From: a virus
Taxonomy: Duplodnaviria; Caudoviricetes
DNA length: 64,000 nt
Direction: 5' to 3' (one strand)
Virus record (IMG/VR): IMGVR_UViG_2814123293_000008
Location: 1-64,000 of that record
Shown here: piece by piece, positions 52,084-61,736 of the stretch
Layout: each line of letters opens with the position of its first letter
Position numbering within the stretch: position 1 is the first letter of the stretch
The notes under the pieces: model-generated
What the model was told of the DNA's origin: nothing
The model's database searches: none
Seen by the model: only the letters and a program-made list of their open reading frames with translations
Program-made: the position numbers and the translations under genes

Positions 52084-53283
52084 ATGGCTCGGCCAAAGAA
52101 GCCAACCTACGAATGGATTGAGAGCCGTAAAGAATTTCGGAAACGTATCAAGGGGCCAGGAGGAAAGTACATCGCCCTCTATGCCCAAACGGCGGAGGAG
52201 CTGACCGAGAAGATCGCCACCGTTCAGCGCCAGATTGAGGAAGATATCTACCGTCGGGATAATCCCACCGTCAAGGACTACGCTGAAAAGTGGCTCACCA
52301 TGCAGGCCGCGCACGTCCGAGCCACTACGCTGGCCGACTATGCCTCCAAGGTCAAGATCTACATCATAGCGCCCCTGGGGGAGAAATACATGGCCGAGGT
52401 GACGCCGGATGATATTAAGCTGGCGATCTCCAAGGCAGCAGAGAAGTCGGCTTCTATCTACCGTAGCGTTCAGATGCTCTACAAGATGATTTTCGGCTCC
52501 GCGCTGGAGAATCGCATCATCGACGAAAGCCCGTGTAAAAACCTCAACCCCAAGGGAGGGAGGGCCCCAAAGGAGAAAACTGCGCTTACCGATAAGCAGG
52601 TCAGTATTTTGCTGGATGCCATCCGGGGATTACCGCCGTATCCGTTTGTCATGCTCTGCCTATATGCGGGGCTCCGTCGAGAGGAGGCCCTGGCGCTGCA
52701 ATGGGATAGCGTTTTTCTGGAGGGGGGCGCCCCTCACATCTCCGTCTGCAGAGCCTGGCACACTGAGCACAATAGGCCAGTCATATTGACCGACCTGAAA
52801 ACCAAGGCGTCCAAGAGGATCATCCCGATCCCTCCCCAGCTGGTGGAATGCCTAAAGGCCGTCAAAGAAGCAAGCCAGTCTGAGTATGTGATTTCCAACC
52901 GGGACGGTGGGCCGCTATCCGGTACCCAGTGGGCGCGACTCTGGAAATATGTAACCGTACGAAGCACAAAAGAGCGCACATACACCAGATATGTCAAAGG
53001 CCAGAAAATCAAGCACACGGTCACGCCGGTGCTTGGAGAGCGGGCCGCTCACAACAAGACCGTCATTTACAGCATGGACTTTCAGGTGACGCCGCATCAG
53101 CTCAGGCATACCTACATCACGAATCTGCTCTTATCTGGCGCTGTTGACGTCAAGACCGCTCAGGTGCTGGCCGGCCATGAGCACGCGAAAATCACCTTGG
53201 ACATCTATGCCCACTTGACCTATAATCAGCCTAAAGACTTGATCTCCAAGGTCACGGCCGCCTTCGCTTCCAGTCCAAAATAA
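52084..53283 (+). CDS. int: Tyrosine integrase
   Basis: AGLRREE (R), HQLRHT (HxxR), AGH, LDIYAH (Y) catalytic motifs; N-terminal arm-binding and SAM-like domains. Confidence 0.95.
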   Translation: MARPKKPTYEWIESRKEFRKRIKGPGGKYIALYAQTAEELTEKIATVQRQIEEDIYRRDNPTVKDYAEKWLTMQAAHVRATTLADYASKVKIYIIAPLGEKYMAEVTPDDIKLAISKAAEKSASIYRSVQMLYKMIFGSALENRIIDESPCKNLNPKGGRAPKEKTALTDKQVSILLDAIRGLPPYPFVMLCLYAGLRREEALALQWDSVFLEGGAPHISVCRAWHTEHNRPVILTDLKTKASKRIIPIPPQLVECLKAVKEASQSEYVISNRDGGPLSGTQWARLWKYVTVRSTKERTYTRYVKGQKIKHTVTPVLGERAAHNKTVIYSMDFQVTPHQLRHTYITNLLLSGAVDVKTAQVLAGHEHAKITLDIYAHLTYNQPKDLISKVTAAFASSPK

Positions 53284-53305
53284 GGTTCATTTTGAGGTGC
53301 ATTTT
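53283..53305 (+). repeat. Putative integrase arm-type sites
   Basis: Direct repeat AGGTTCATTTT (53283-93) / AGGTGCATTTT (53295-305) between int and the att core. Confidence 0.5.
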
Positions 53306-53352
53306 TGGAGGCGTGACTTATACCCATTGAAAATAAAGGGGATTTCGCCAGA

Positions 53353-53412
53353 GAGCGCAAGAAGTACGGCCTCAAGGCTGCCCGTCGCGCTCCCCAGTTC
53401 AGCAAGCGCTAA
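53353..53412 (+). pseudogene. rpsI: Duplicated 3' end of 30S ribosomal protein S9 gene (att core, attR)
   Basis: Translates ERKKYGLKAARRAPQFSKR*; upstream sequence is not rpsI. Confidence 0.92.
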
Positions 53413-53442
53413 TCAGCACTTCAAACTGGTTCAAAGATGCTC

Positions 53443-53478
53443 AAAAACCCCGAAAAACTGCGGTTTTTCGGGGTTTTT
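53443..53478 (+). terminator. Intrinsic terminator after the rpsI fragment
   Basis: Perfect 16-bp IR AAAAACCCCGAAAAAC-TGCG-GTTTTTCGGGGTTTTT. Confidence 0.85.
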
Positions 53479-53548
53479 CTATTTCACATCTTCTGTTGCA
53501 GCTTGTCTGATTCTGGCAGGATTTGAACTGTTCTTACCCTGTTTTTCT

Positions 53549-53610
53549 TGATTAAAAATGGGGCAACCGGCCCTTTTTGACCCCATTATGATTAAAAAAT
53601 GGGGCAACCG
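53549..53610 (+). repeat. Direct repeat pair near the ICE left end
   Basis: TGATTAAAAA(A)TGGGGCAACCG at 53549-53569 and 53589-53610. Confidence 0.8.
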
Positions 53611-53800
53611 AGAGCCAAAATCGAGCCGTTTTCTAGGTGCTTTTGCCCTGTCCTTTGCCCCTCATTTTAGGAGCCTTTCTTTATGATTTTTCTTTTGAAA
53701 GGGCTGGCCTGATTTGTCAGGATTTGACCAAATCGAATCCGGTTTATCTTTTCTTGCTCATGGCGTCCAATACCCTTAAAGCTGGTGAATACTCGCACAT

Positions 53801-53830
53801 TTGCGCTGCACGTCTTTGAACAGCTACAAT
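53801..53830 (+). promoter_or_regulatory. Putative promoter of the ICE operon
   Basis: TTGCGC-18 bp-TACAAT upstream of an AGGAGG RBS. Confidence 0.4.
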
Positions 53831-53854
53831 GAAGGCGAAAAGGAGGACTGCACT

Positions 53855-54019
53855 ATGAGGAAACAGAAATTCAAGGTATACCTCACCCCTGCTGAAAACA
53901 GCATTGTGATCCAGAGCCTGAATCATCTGCGGAACACCCTGCTGCGGGAAAATCGGGACACCGGCTGCGTGGATGATCTTTTGCTCAAAGTCATGTGCGC
54001 CCCTGTCAAGAGAATTTGA
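53855..54019 (+). CDS. Small ICE leader protein
   Basis: AAGGAGG RBS; 54 aa MRKQKFKVYLTPAE... Confidence 0.65.
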   Translation: MRKQKFKVYLTPAENSIVIQSLNHLRNTLLRENRDTGCVDDLLLKVMCAPVKRI

Positions 54020-54045
54020 AAACTACATATTGTGCCGACTGAATC

Positions 54046-54083
54046 AAGCCGTTTATTCTTTCATAGAGTAGACGGCTTTTTTT
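54046..54083 (+). terminator. Intrinsic terminator upstream of parA
   Basis: AAGCCGTTTA/TAGACGGCTT stem plus T-tract. Confidence 0.7.
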
Positions 54084-54154
54084 CATGCCCATTTTACCGC
54101 ATACATAGCTGTTCGTCTTGCCAACGGGCAGCTAAATCTATCAAAAAGGAGGAC

Positions 54155-55009
54155 ATGAAAATGCCGGAACAGAGAAGCCGCCCGAAGGAAGGCCGTGTCA
54201 TCGCATTGGCCAACCAGAAAGGCGGAACAGGCAAAACCACCACAACGGTGAATCTGGGCATTGGGTTGGCCCGCCTGGGACAAAAGGTTCTGCTCATTGA
54301 CGCAGACCCCCAGGGCGACCTCACCACTTGCCTGGGCTGGCAGGATCAGGACAGCTTGCAGACCACCCTTGCAACCATCATGGAGAAGGTGATCCGCGAC
54401 GAGCCGTTTTCTGTGGATGAGGGCATCCTGCACCACAAAGAGGGTGTTGACCTTATGCCAGCCAACATTGAGCTGTCGGCTATGGAAATGAGCTTGGTAA
54501 ACGCCATGAGCCGGGAGTTCACGCTGCGAACCTATGTCAATGCAGTCAAGAAGAACTATGACACGGTTCTGATCGACTGTATGCCGTCCCTCGGTATGAT
54601 TACGATCAATGCGCTGGCGGCGGCAGACAGCGTGATTATCCCGGTGCAGGCCCACTATCTCCCGGCCAAAGGCATGACCCAGCTCATGCGAACCATTGGC
54701 AAGGTCAAGCGGCAGATCAACCCGTCCCTCAAGGTGGACGGCGTACTGCTGACCCTTGTGGATGGGCGCACCAATCTGGCCAAGCAGACAGCCGAAACCT
54801 TGCGGCAGAGCTACGGGAGTGTTTTGAAAATCTATCGTTCCGAGATTCCCGTTGCAATCAAAGCCGCAGAAATCAGCGCCGCTGGCAAGAGCATCTACGC
54901 CTATGATAATGGCAGCAAGGTAGCTCAGGCTTATGCGGAATTTTCAAAGGAGGTGCAGGCGGATGGCGAGAAACAACGCGCTAAACTTCAATCTGCCCTC
55001 AGTCGATGA
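54155..55009 (+). CDS. parA: ParA/Soj-family ATPase
   Basis: NQKGGTGKTTT, IDADPQG, LIDCMPSLG motifs. Confidence 0.95.
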   Translation: MKMPEQRSRPKEGRVIALANQKGGTGKTTTTVNLGIGLARLGQKVLLIDADPQGDLTTCLGWQDQDSLQTTLATIMEKVIRDEPFSVDEGILHHKEGVDLMPANIELSAMEMSLVNAMSREFTLRTYVNAVKKNYDTVLIDCMPSLGMITINALAAADSVIIPVQAHYLPAKGMTQLMRTIGKVKRQINPSLKVDGVLLTLVDGRTNLAKQTAETLRQSYGSVLKIYRSEIPVAIKAAEISAAGKSIYAYDNGSKVAQAYAEFSKEVQADGEKQRAKLQSALSR

Positions 55010-55934
55010 CCTCTTTTCCACCGAGGAAAGCCGTGCAGAGGCCAGATTGGAGAAAGTCGTCAACCTGAATCCCTCAGAGATCAGCAATTTCCCAGATCAC
55101 CCTTTCAAAGTGCGGATGGACGCGGCCATGCAGGAAATGGCGGAGAGCGTCAAGCAGTACGGCGTGTTGGTTCCTGCGCTGGTACGCCCCAAGCAGGGCG
55201 GCGGTTATGAAATGGTAGCCGGACACCGCAGGAAAATGGCGGCGGAGCTGGCGCAGCTCCTGGAAATCCCCTGTATTGTGCGAAACCTCACCGACGATGA
55301 AGCAACGATCATCATGGTGGATTCCAACCTGCAACGAGAGCAGATTTTGCCCTCGGAAAAAGCCTTCGCGTACAAGATGAAGCTGGATGCCATGAAACGG
55401 CAGGGACAGCGCACGGATTTAACTTCTGCAACAGTGTTGCAGAAGTCCACAGGAAAGACTTCGCGCCAGATGCTTGCCGAGCAAGTAGGAGAAAGTCACG
55501 AACAAATCCGTAAGTATATCCGCCTTACCCACCTTATCCCGGATATTCTGGAACTGGTGGATAATTCCGTTCTGCGAGAGCCGGAAGTGCTGCAAATCGC
55601 CATGCGTCCTGCGGTGGAACTGTCCTACCTGCGAAAAGAAGAACAGGCAGACCTGTTTGCTATCATGGAGGAAATGGACTGCACTCCATCCCATGCCCAG
55701 GCAATCAAAATGCGGCAGATGTCCGAAGCCAAGACCGGTGATGAGCGGCTTGCCAAAGATGCCCTTGTCGCCATTATGAAGGAGGAAAAGCCCAATCAAA
55801 AAGAACAAATCAAAATTCCGAAAGAGCGGATCAGCAAGTATTTTGCGCCGGGGACGCCCGCGCAGAAGATCGAGGATACCATTGTTCAAGCTCTGGAACT
55901 TTACCGCAGACGTCAACGCAGTTTAGAACGATAA
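54963..55934 (+). CDS. parB: ParB-family partition protein
   Basis: FPDHPF, GVLVP, VAGHRR, DSNLQRE, HTH; follows parA. Confidence 0.93.
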   Translation: MARNNALNFNLPSVDDLFSTEESRAEARLEKVVNLNPSEISNFPDHPFKVRMDAAMQEMAESVKQYGVLVPALVRPKQGGGYEMVAGHRRKMAAELAQLLEIPCIVRNLTDDEATIIMVDSNLQREQILPSEKAFAYKMKLDAMKRQGQRTDLTSATVLQKSTGKTSRQMLAEQVGESHEQIRKYIRLTHLIPDILELVDNSVLREPEVLQIAMRPAVELSYLRKEEQADLFAIMEEMDCTPSHAQAIKMRQMSEAKTGDERLAKDALVAIMKEEKPNQKEQIKIPKERISKYFAPGTPAQKIEDTIVQALELYRRRQRSLER

Positions 55935-56156
55935 TCCCACTCACAAGGGAAAAGTACGCCCATTTGCCGGGGAACGAATTTTCCGCTCCCCCCTCTCCAC
56001 ACCTCACCCCCTACAAACAGCCTAAACAACCCAAAAAAGAAGATATTGGGGCAGCCTGTTTCAAAAAAATACCGGCTGTATTGGTAAAAGGCTGACATGG
56101 AGAAAAAGCGGCGTACCACTTCTTTTTTAGACAGTAACCAACAATCATAAGCTGAA

Positions 56157-56191
56157 CGGCAGCACATCAGGAAACGATGTGCTGTTTTTTT
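56157..56191 (+). terminator. Intrinsic terminator directly upstream of the adhesin RBS
   Basis: CAGCACATC-AGGAAAC-GATGTGCTG plus 7 T. Confidence 0.75.
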
Positions 56192-56216
56192 CGGCCAATT
56201 TTCAGGAGGTAACAAG

Positions 56217-59200
56217 ATGAAAGCATTGAAAAAGCCTTTGTCCCTGTTCCTGGCGTTTCTGATGTGTTTTGGAGTGTTCGCCGGAACGGGCGTCACGGCC
56301 TTTGCCGCAGGCGAAACCATGACCACCTATATGGTGGATATTCCCCGTGCCAGCGATCCCAATAAAGCCGGATGGGGCCACTCTGACATGAGCTTTCTGG
56401 GCGGCTGGTCTGCGCAGGCCAATGACAGTTTTTCTGTTCATACACAGGACGCTTACAACGGCAAGGCCATCTATTGCATTGAGCCTGGTATCGGTGTGAA
56501 AACCGGCGACCAGTACACGGGCCGGGGCGAGGATTTCTGGGACAACTATCCGTCCCATCTGAACCCCACCATTCCGCCCAGCACCATCAAGGAATATATC
56601 GGACGGATCATGACCTACGGCTGGCAGGGCAACGCCGATACTTCGTGGAACAGCAACAATCCCGATGATGCCAATGAGATGGCGGGCTATATCGCTACCC
56701 AGCTTCTTGTTTGGGAAACGGTTGTCGGTGAGCGTGATAGCCAGTTTAACCATGTGGATGCCAATGCTCAGGGGAAAAACAACGTGGCCGAATATATCAG
56801 CAGCAGTCATCCGCTGCGCAGCCAGATTTTCAGCCAGTATTCCGCCATTGAGAGCGCCGTAAAGCGCCACACCATGCTGCCCAGCTTTTTCAGCGGTTCC
56901 CCGGATGCTAGAGCTTATGAACTGAAATGGGATGGCGAGAAGTATTCCGTTACCCTGACGGACACCAACAATGTGCTGGGTGATTACACCTTTACCAGCA
57001 GCACCACCGGCCTGAACTTTTCGGTGGACGGCAACCAGCTTACCATCACATCCAATCAGGCCATCAAAGGTTCTGTGACGGTGAAAGCGGAGAAGATCAC
57101 CGCCCAGCGCAGCGGCGTTGTGGTCTGGACGGACGGTGTAACCGGTGGTGGTACGCAGGACTTCGCCACCTATGGAGCTACCGTTTCCGACCAGATGGTG
57201 GGCTATCTCAATTTGGAAGTCAAAACCGGCAACATGAAGCTGATCAAAACTTCCGAGGACGGCAAAGTAGAGGGCATCTCCTTCACGATCACCGGCGAGG
57301 GATACAGCGCCACCAAGACCACCAATTCGGCGGGCGAAATCGACATCACCGACCTCAATCCCGGTGTTTATACCGTCACCGAGCAGGCCATCGACAAATA
57401 CGAACCCCAGGCTACTCAGCGCGTGACCATCGTCAGCGGCCAGACGGCCACCGTGAACTTTAACAACGTGCTGAAGCGCGGCAGTCTGGAGGTCACAAAG
57501 ACCAGCGAGGACGGTTTGGTGGAGGGAATGACCTTCCATCTCTATGGAACTTCTCTTTCCGGCCTGCCGGTGGATGAATACGCTGTGACCGACTCCAGCG
57601 GTGTGGCAAGGTTTGAAAACGTCCTCATCGGCTCCGACTTCGTGCTGGAGGAGGTTGATACGCCGATTCGCTATGTGGTGCCGGAGGCTCAGAGTGCCAC
57701 GATTGCCTGGAACGAAGTCACAAACAAGAGCGTGAACAATGTGCTGAAAAAGTTCCGTGTCACAGTAACTAAGAGCGATGTGGAAACCGGCGCGCCCCAG
57801 GGCGACGGTTCTCTTGCCGGAGCCACCTATGGGCTTTATAAGGGCGACACCCTTATCGACAGCTATACCACCGATGAGAACGGTCAGTTTACCACGGATT
57901 ATTATATCTGTGATTCCGACTGGACGATTCGTGAAATCAACCCCAGCGAGGGGTATCTGCTGGATTCCACTATTCACAAGGTAGGTGCGGAGCCGGAACT
58001 GTATGAGATCGAGCTGAACGACACCGCCAATGATGTGACTGAACAGGTTATCAAAGGCGACATCGCCATCATCAAGCATACCGACGACGGAGAAACCCAG
58101 ATCGAAACCCCGGAAGTCGGTGCGGAGTTCCAGATTTATCTCAAGGCGGCAGGCAGCTATGACGCTGCAAAGGAATCTGAGCGCGACGTTCTCACCTGTG
58201 ACGAGAATGGCTTTGCACAGTCCAAAAAGCTGCCCTATGGAACCTATATTGTCCACCAGACAAAAGGCTGGGAAGGCCGAGAGCTGATGGACGATTTTGA
58301 AGTGTATATCGCTCAGGACGGCCAGACCTACCGCTATCTCATCAACAACGCCAACTTTGAGAGCTTCATCAAGGTGGTCAAGGTGGATGCGGAAACTGGT
58401 GTTACCATCCCCTATGCAGGAGCCGGGTTCCAGATTTATCGTCCCGATGGCAGCAAGGTGGAAATGACCTTCACCTATCCTACGCCCACAACCATCGACA
58501 CGTTCTATACCAATGCTGAAGGATATTTGGTAACACCCGAAAAGCTGGAGTATGGCTCCGGGTACTCTTTGGTAGAGGTACAGGCTCCCTATGGTTATGT
58601 GCTGGACAGCACACCGGTGTACTTTGATGTGACCGAGGACGCTTCCAGCGAGGAAGGCGGCGTGACGGTCATTAAAGTCACTAAGCCCAATATGGCACAG
58701 AAAGGCGTCATCAAGGTCAGCAAAACCGGCGAGGTGTTCTCCACCGTCACAGAATCCAACGGAGTATATCAGCCGGTGTATGACGTAACCGGCCTGTCTG
58801 GTGCGGTGTTTGAAATCACAGCGCTGGAGGACGTTTATACGCTGGATGGTACGCTGCGTTATTCTGCGGGCGAGGTGGTGGACACCATTACCACCGGCGA
58901 GGATGGCACAGCCCAGAGCCAGCCTCTCTATTTGGGCAAGTTCCAGGTGAAGGAAATCGAGTTCCCCCACGGCATGGTGGATACCGGTGAGAATGTCACC
59001 AATGTTGAGCTGGTGTATGCAGGCCAGGAGGTAGAGATCACCGAAACTTCCGCCAGCTTCTACAACCAGCGCCAGAAAGCACAGGTCACTCTGAATAAGC
59101 TGCTGGAGCAGGATGAAGCCTTCGGCATTGGTGTGAATGGCGAGATTTCCGCCGTCACCTTTGGCCTGTATGCACAGCAGGATATTCCCGCAGCGGACGG

Positions 59201-60446
59201 TTCTGTGATTCCGGCAGACGGGCTTCTGGAGATCGTTTCGGTGGCTGAGAACGGTCAGGCCGTTTGTGCTACTGACCTTCCCTTTGGCAGCTTCTATCTG
59301 AAGGAACTGTCCACGGACAGTCATTATCTGCTGAATGGCGAAACCTTCCCGTTCACCTTTGAATACGGCGGGCCGTCCGTTGCTGTGGTGGAGATTACTG
59401 CAAACGACGGCGAGGCCATCACCAACGAGCTGATTCGCGGTGAAATCCACGGCCTCAAAACAGACGAGAATGGCGCTGGCCTGGGTGGGGCTGTGATTGG
59501 CCTGTTCAAGTCTGATGAAAGCGAATTTACCGCAGAAAATACCATTGCCACCGCCACCTCTGCGGACGACGGCAGCTTCTCCTTTACCGATGTGCCGTAT
59601 GGAAATTGGGTGCTAAAAGAGCTGGAAAGCCCGGAGGGATTCGTCCTCTCCGATGAGGTTATTTCCGTTACCATCGAGGAAGATGGGCAGGTTGTGGAAA
59701 TCTCCTTTGCCAACGAGCGCGTTTATGGCGACCTGCGCCTTACCAAAGTGGATAAGGATTACCCGGACAACAAGCTGACCGGTGCCGAGTTTGAGGTGTA
59801 CCGTGATACCAATGGTAACAAGGAGCTGGACGAGGGCGACGAACTGCTGGGCAAGCTGGAGGAAACCAGCACCGGTATCTATGAGATGTCCCATATCCTC
59901 TACGGCGGTGTGTTCGTGAAGGAAACCAAAGCGCCGGAGGGCTACCTGTTGGATGAAAACGCCTACTATGTGGAGATTGTTGAGAACGGCAAAATTTACG
60001 AAGTGGAAAATGAAGCTGGAAAGGGCTTTGTCAATGCGGCACAGACCGGCTCCCTGCGGATCGAAAAGACATCCAGCGACGGCAAGGTGGAAGGGTTCTC
60101 CTTCCGCGTGACGGGTGCCAATGGTTATGACCAGACATTCAAGACCGACAGCACCGGCAAGATTGAGATCACCGGACTGCGCGTGGGCGATTACACCGTA
60201 TCGGAGGTATCGGACAATGCCAGCGCTAACTATGTGCTGCCTGCTGATAAGACGGTGACGATCTTTTCGGATAAGACCACCGTTGCACAGATGCACAACG
60301 AACTGCGCGACACCCCGAAAACCGGTGATGAGAGCAAACCGTGGCTATGGATGACCCTAATGGGCGTATCTGCCGCCGGAGCCGCTGTTCTGGGGATTGC
60401 GGCCTATGTGAGCAAGCGCCGGAAGGACGAAGAATCCGCTGAATAA
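56217..60446 (+). CDS. Sortase-anchored adhesin: thioester (TED) domain plus SpaA/CnaB-type repeats
   Basis: Signal peptide; YCIEPG and TQLLVWE thioester motifs; repeated KTSEDG/E.KAPEGY domains; PKTGD sorting motif, TM, KRRK tail. Confidence 0.9.
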   Translation: MKALKKPLSLFLAFLMCFGVFAGTGVTAFAAGETMTTYMVDIPRASDPNKAGWGHSDMSFLGGWSAQANDSFSVHTQDAYNGKAIYCIEPGIGVKTGDQYTGRGEDFWDNYPSHLNPTIPPSTIKEYIGRIMTYGWQGNADTSWNSNNPDDANEMAGYIATQLLVWETVVGERDSQFNHVDANAQGKNNVAEYISSSHPLRSQIFSQYSAIESAVKRHTMLPSFFSGSPDARAYELKWDGEKYSVTLTDTNNVLGDYTFTSSTTGLNFSVDGNQLTITSNQAIKGSVTVKAEKITAQRSGVVVWTDGVTGGGTQDFATYGATVSDQMVGYLNLEVKTGNMKLIKTSEDGKVEGISFTITGEGYSATKTTNSAGEIDITDLNPGVYTVTEQAIDKYEPQATQRVTIVSGQTATVNFNNVLKRGSLEVTKTSEDGLVEGMTFHLYGTSLSGLPVDEYAVTDSSGVARFENVLIGSDFVLEEVDTPIRYVVPEAQSATIAWNEVTNKSVNNVLKKFRVTVTKSDVETGAPQGDGSLAGATYGLYKGDTLIDSYTTDENGQFTTDYYICDSDWTIREINPSEGYLLDSTIHKVGAEPELYEIELNDTANDVTEQVIKGDIAIIKHTDDGETQIETPEVGAEFQIYLKAAGSYDAAKESERDVLTCDENGFAQSKKLPYGTYIVHQTKGWEGRELMDDFEVYIAQDGQTYRYLINNANFESFIKVVKVDAETGVTIPYAGAGFQIYRPDGSKVEMTFTYPTPTTIDTFYTNAEGYLVTPEKLEYGSGYSLVEVQAPYGYVLDSTPVYFDVTEDASSEEGGVTVIKVTKPNMAQKGVIKVSKTGEVFSTVTESNGVYQPVYDVTGLSGAVFEITALEDVYTLDGTLRYSAGEVVDTITTGEDGTAQSQPLYLGKFQVKEIEFPHGMVDTGENVTNVELVYAGQEVEITETSASFYNQRQKAQVTLNKLLEQDEAFGIGVNGEISAVTFGLYAQQDIPAADGSVIPADGLLEIVSVAENGQAVCATDLPFGSFYLKELSTDSHYLLNGETFPFTFEYGGPSVAVVEITANDGEAITNELIRGEIHGLKTDENGAGLGGAVIGLFKSDESEFTAENTIATATSADDGSFSFTDVPYGNWVLKELESPEGFVLSDEVISVTIEEDGQVVEISFANERVYGDLRLTKVDKDYPDNKLTGAEFEVYRDTNGNKELDEGDELLGKLEETSTGIYEMSHILYGGVFVKETKAPEGYLLDENAYYVEIVENGKIYEVENEAGKGFVNAAQTGSLRIEKTSSDGKVEGFSFRVTGANGYDQTFKTDSTGKIEITGLRVGDYTVSEVSDNASANYVLPADKTVTIFSDKTTVAQMHNELRDTPKTGDESKPWLWMTLMGVSAAGAAVLGIAAYVSKRRKDEESAE

Positions 60447-60482
60447 TACAGCGGTCAAAATTTGTGACAGGAGGAATTGACT

Positions 60483-60572
60483 ATGGAATTGAAAACCATC
60501 ATTGCGGTAGGATTGGTACTCTTTATTCTCGGCGGCCTGATCTTTCTCAAGATCAAAAGCCAGAAGAAGTAA
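60483..60572 (+). CDS. 29-aa single-TM peptide
   Basis: AGGAGG RBS; MELKTIIAVGLVLFILGGLIFLKIKSQKK. Confidence 0.65.
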   Translation: MELKTIIAVGLVLFILGGLIFLKIKSQKK

Positions 60573-60579
60573 TCCAGCG

Positions 60580-60606
60580 GGGGCGGCTTTGAGGGGCCGC
60601 CCCTTT
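60580..60606 (+). terminator. Intrinsic terminator
   Basis: GGGGCGGC/GCCGCCCC stem plus TTT. Confidence 0.55.
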
Positions 60607-60638
60607 ACATTTCCCAAAAAGAAAGGAGCGTGATTGCG

Positions 60639-60881
60639 ATGAGAGAACGATTTGAACAACGGTTATTCCGTATCTTTGCCCAGGCGGGATATTCGCTGGT
60701 GCAGCTTTTAACGATCACCCCGGAAGAAATGGTGGAGATTCCCGGTATCACCGTCCCCAATATCCGGGCGGTGCTTTGTGTTCAGAACAAAGTGCTTGCG
60801 GATCGGAACAAGGTTCGCAGTGGCAAGCTGGTAGAGGCACTTTTGAAGGAGGCAGAGGAAAGCGGGTGTTGCCATGAGTGA
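60639..60881 (+). CDS. ICE hypothetical protein
   Basis: AAAGGAG RBS; coupled to the next ORF. Confidence 0.65.
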   Translation: MRERFEQRLFRIFAQAGYSLVQLLTITPEEMVEIPGITVPNIRAVLCVQNKVLADRNKVRSGKLVEALLKEAEESGCCHE

Positions 60882-61110
60882 ACTGCATCTGCTGGACATC
60901 CTTGCAGCACGGCGAGGGTGCTTTATCTCAGACCTGAATCTTTCTCCTATTCTGCGGAGGGCGGCCCTTTTAGACCTGTGCAGGATGGAAACAAACAAAT
61001 TTCCTCTCTCTCAATGGCAGGATACCGTGCGATACCTGACGGGTATTGAGAAGGACTTTGCATCCATCGAGGAAATCAAAGCATTTTTGCGAAATGAGGT
61101 GAAGTTATGA
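60874..61110 (+). CDS. ICE hypothetical protein
   Basis: 78-aa ORF overlapping both neighbours. Confidence 0.65.
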   Translation: MSELHLLDILAARRGCFISDLNLSPILRRAALLDLCRMETNKFPLSQWQDTVRYLTGIEKDFASIEEIKAFLRNEVKL

Positions 61111-61733
61111 AAGATGAAACACATAGGCGTATGGCTGGTGACTATGAGATCATCCAGGCCATCCACATCGGTGACAGAGAAATCGTTTTGGGAGAAAAAA
61201 TCCAGGATGAAAGCGTTGAGAAATATATGTGTGCCTTCTGTCAGCAGAATGAGTTATTTGCGGCATACAGCGAGGTCATGTGCAGCGACAACTATGCGGA
61301 GATAGTAAAGATGTTCGGTGAGCGCGTCACCGAGCAGGCCGAGAAAACCCGTGTGGCAATGAACAAGCCGAAAATACAGGGCATTGATGACCGCCCTATC
61401 ACAGCCAGCGATTGTACCGTAGCGTCCTACGAGGACGACTTGAATAACAAGATCGTGGTCATCAAGCCGGAAGTGCTGCGCCGGGAGTACCGCAGGGCCA
61501 CTTGCCAGTTAAAGCTCTGCACAGGCGGCTTTGGTGCTTACCCTCGCAGCCGTGGTTCAGCCTGCTTCTGCATCGACCTCTATACCGGAAAAGAGAGCCG
61601 GTATGAGCGGATGGACATTCTCGGCATCATGGAACCGGAGAAACTGCCCGGATGGGCAAAACACGGGCTGCTGACTGTTCAGCAGGAACGGGCGAAAAAA
61701 GAACAGCACAAAGGCGAAAAGGAGGCACGATGA
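61107..61733 (+). CDS. ICE hypothetical protein
   Basis: 208 aa; GAGGTG RBS; GGFGAYPRSRGSACF segment. Confidence 0.7.
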   Translation: MKDETHRRMAGDYEIIQAIHIGDREIVLGEKIQDESVEKYMCAFCQQNELFAAYSEVMCSDNYAEIVKMFGERVTEQAEKTRVAMNKPKIQGIDDRPITASDCTVASYEDDLNNKIVVIKPEVLRREYRRATCQLKLCTGGFGAYPRSRGSACFCIDLYTGKESRYERMDILGIMEPEKLPGWAKHGLLTVQQERAKKEQHKGEKEAR

Positions 61734-61736
61734 ACG

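Larger units (their letters stand above)
1..53412. mobile_element. Temperate prophage (lambda-like head, P2-like contractile tail) integrated at the rpsI 3' end; left end lies outside the window
   Basis: Contiguous lysis, tail, head, terminase, early, repressor and integrase modules, ending at a duplicated rpsI 3' segment. Confidence 0.93.

Noticed and set aside
51929-52204. 91-aa ORF over the origin-like repeats
   Set aside because: No convincing RBS; low-complexity translation of iterons and the AT-rich tract; treated as non-coding.
55935-56216. c-di-GMP riboswitch upstream of the adhesin
   Set aside because: The expected GEMM core elements were not found; only a terminator is supported.
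56202-59450. 1082-aa minus-strand ORF
   Set aside because: Antisense shadow of the adhesin gene.
5741-59520. Additional hammerhead cores at other CTGATGA/TCATCAG occurrences
   Set aside because: Those checked (near 5745, 12820, 24595, 59512) lie inside coding regions and lack the required stems.
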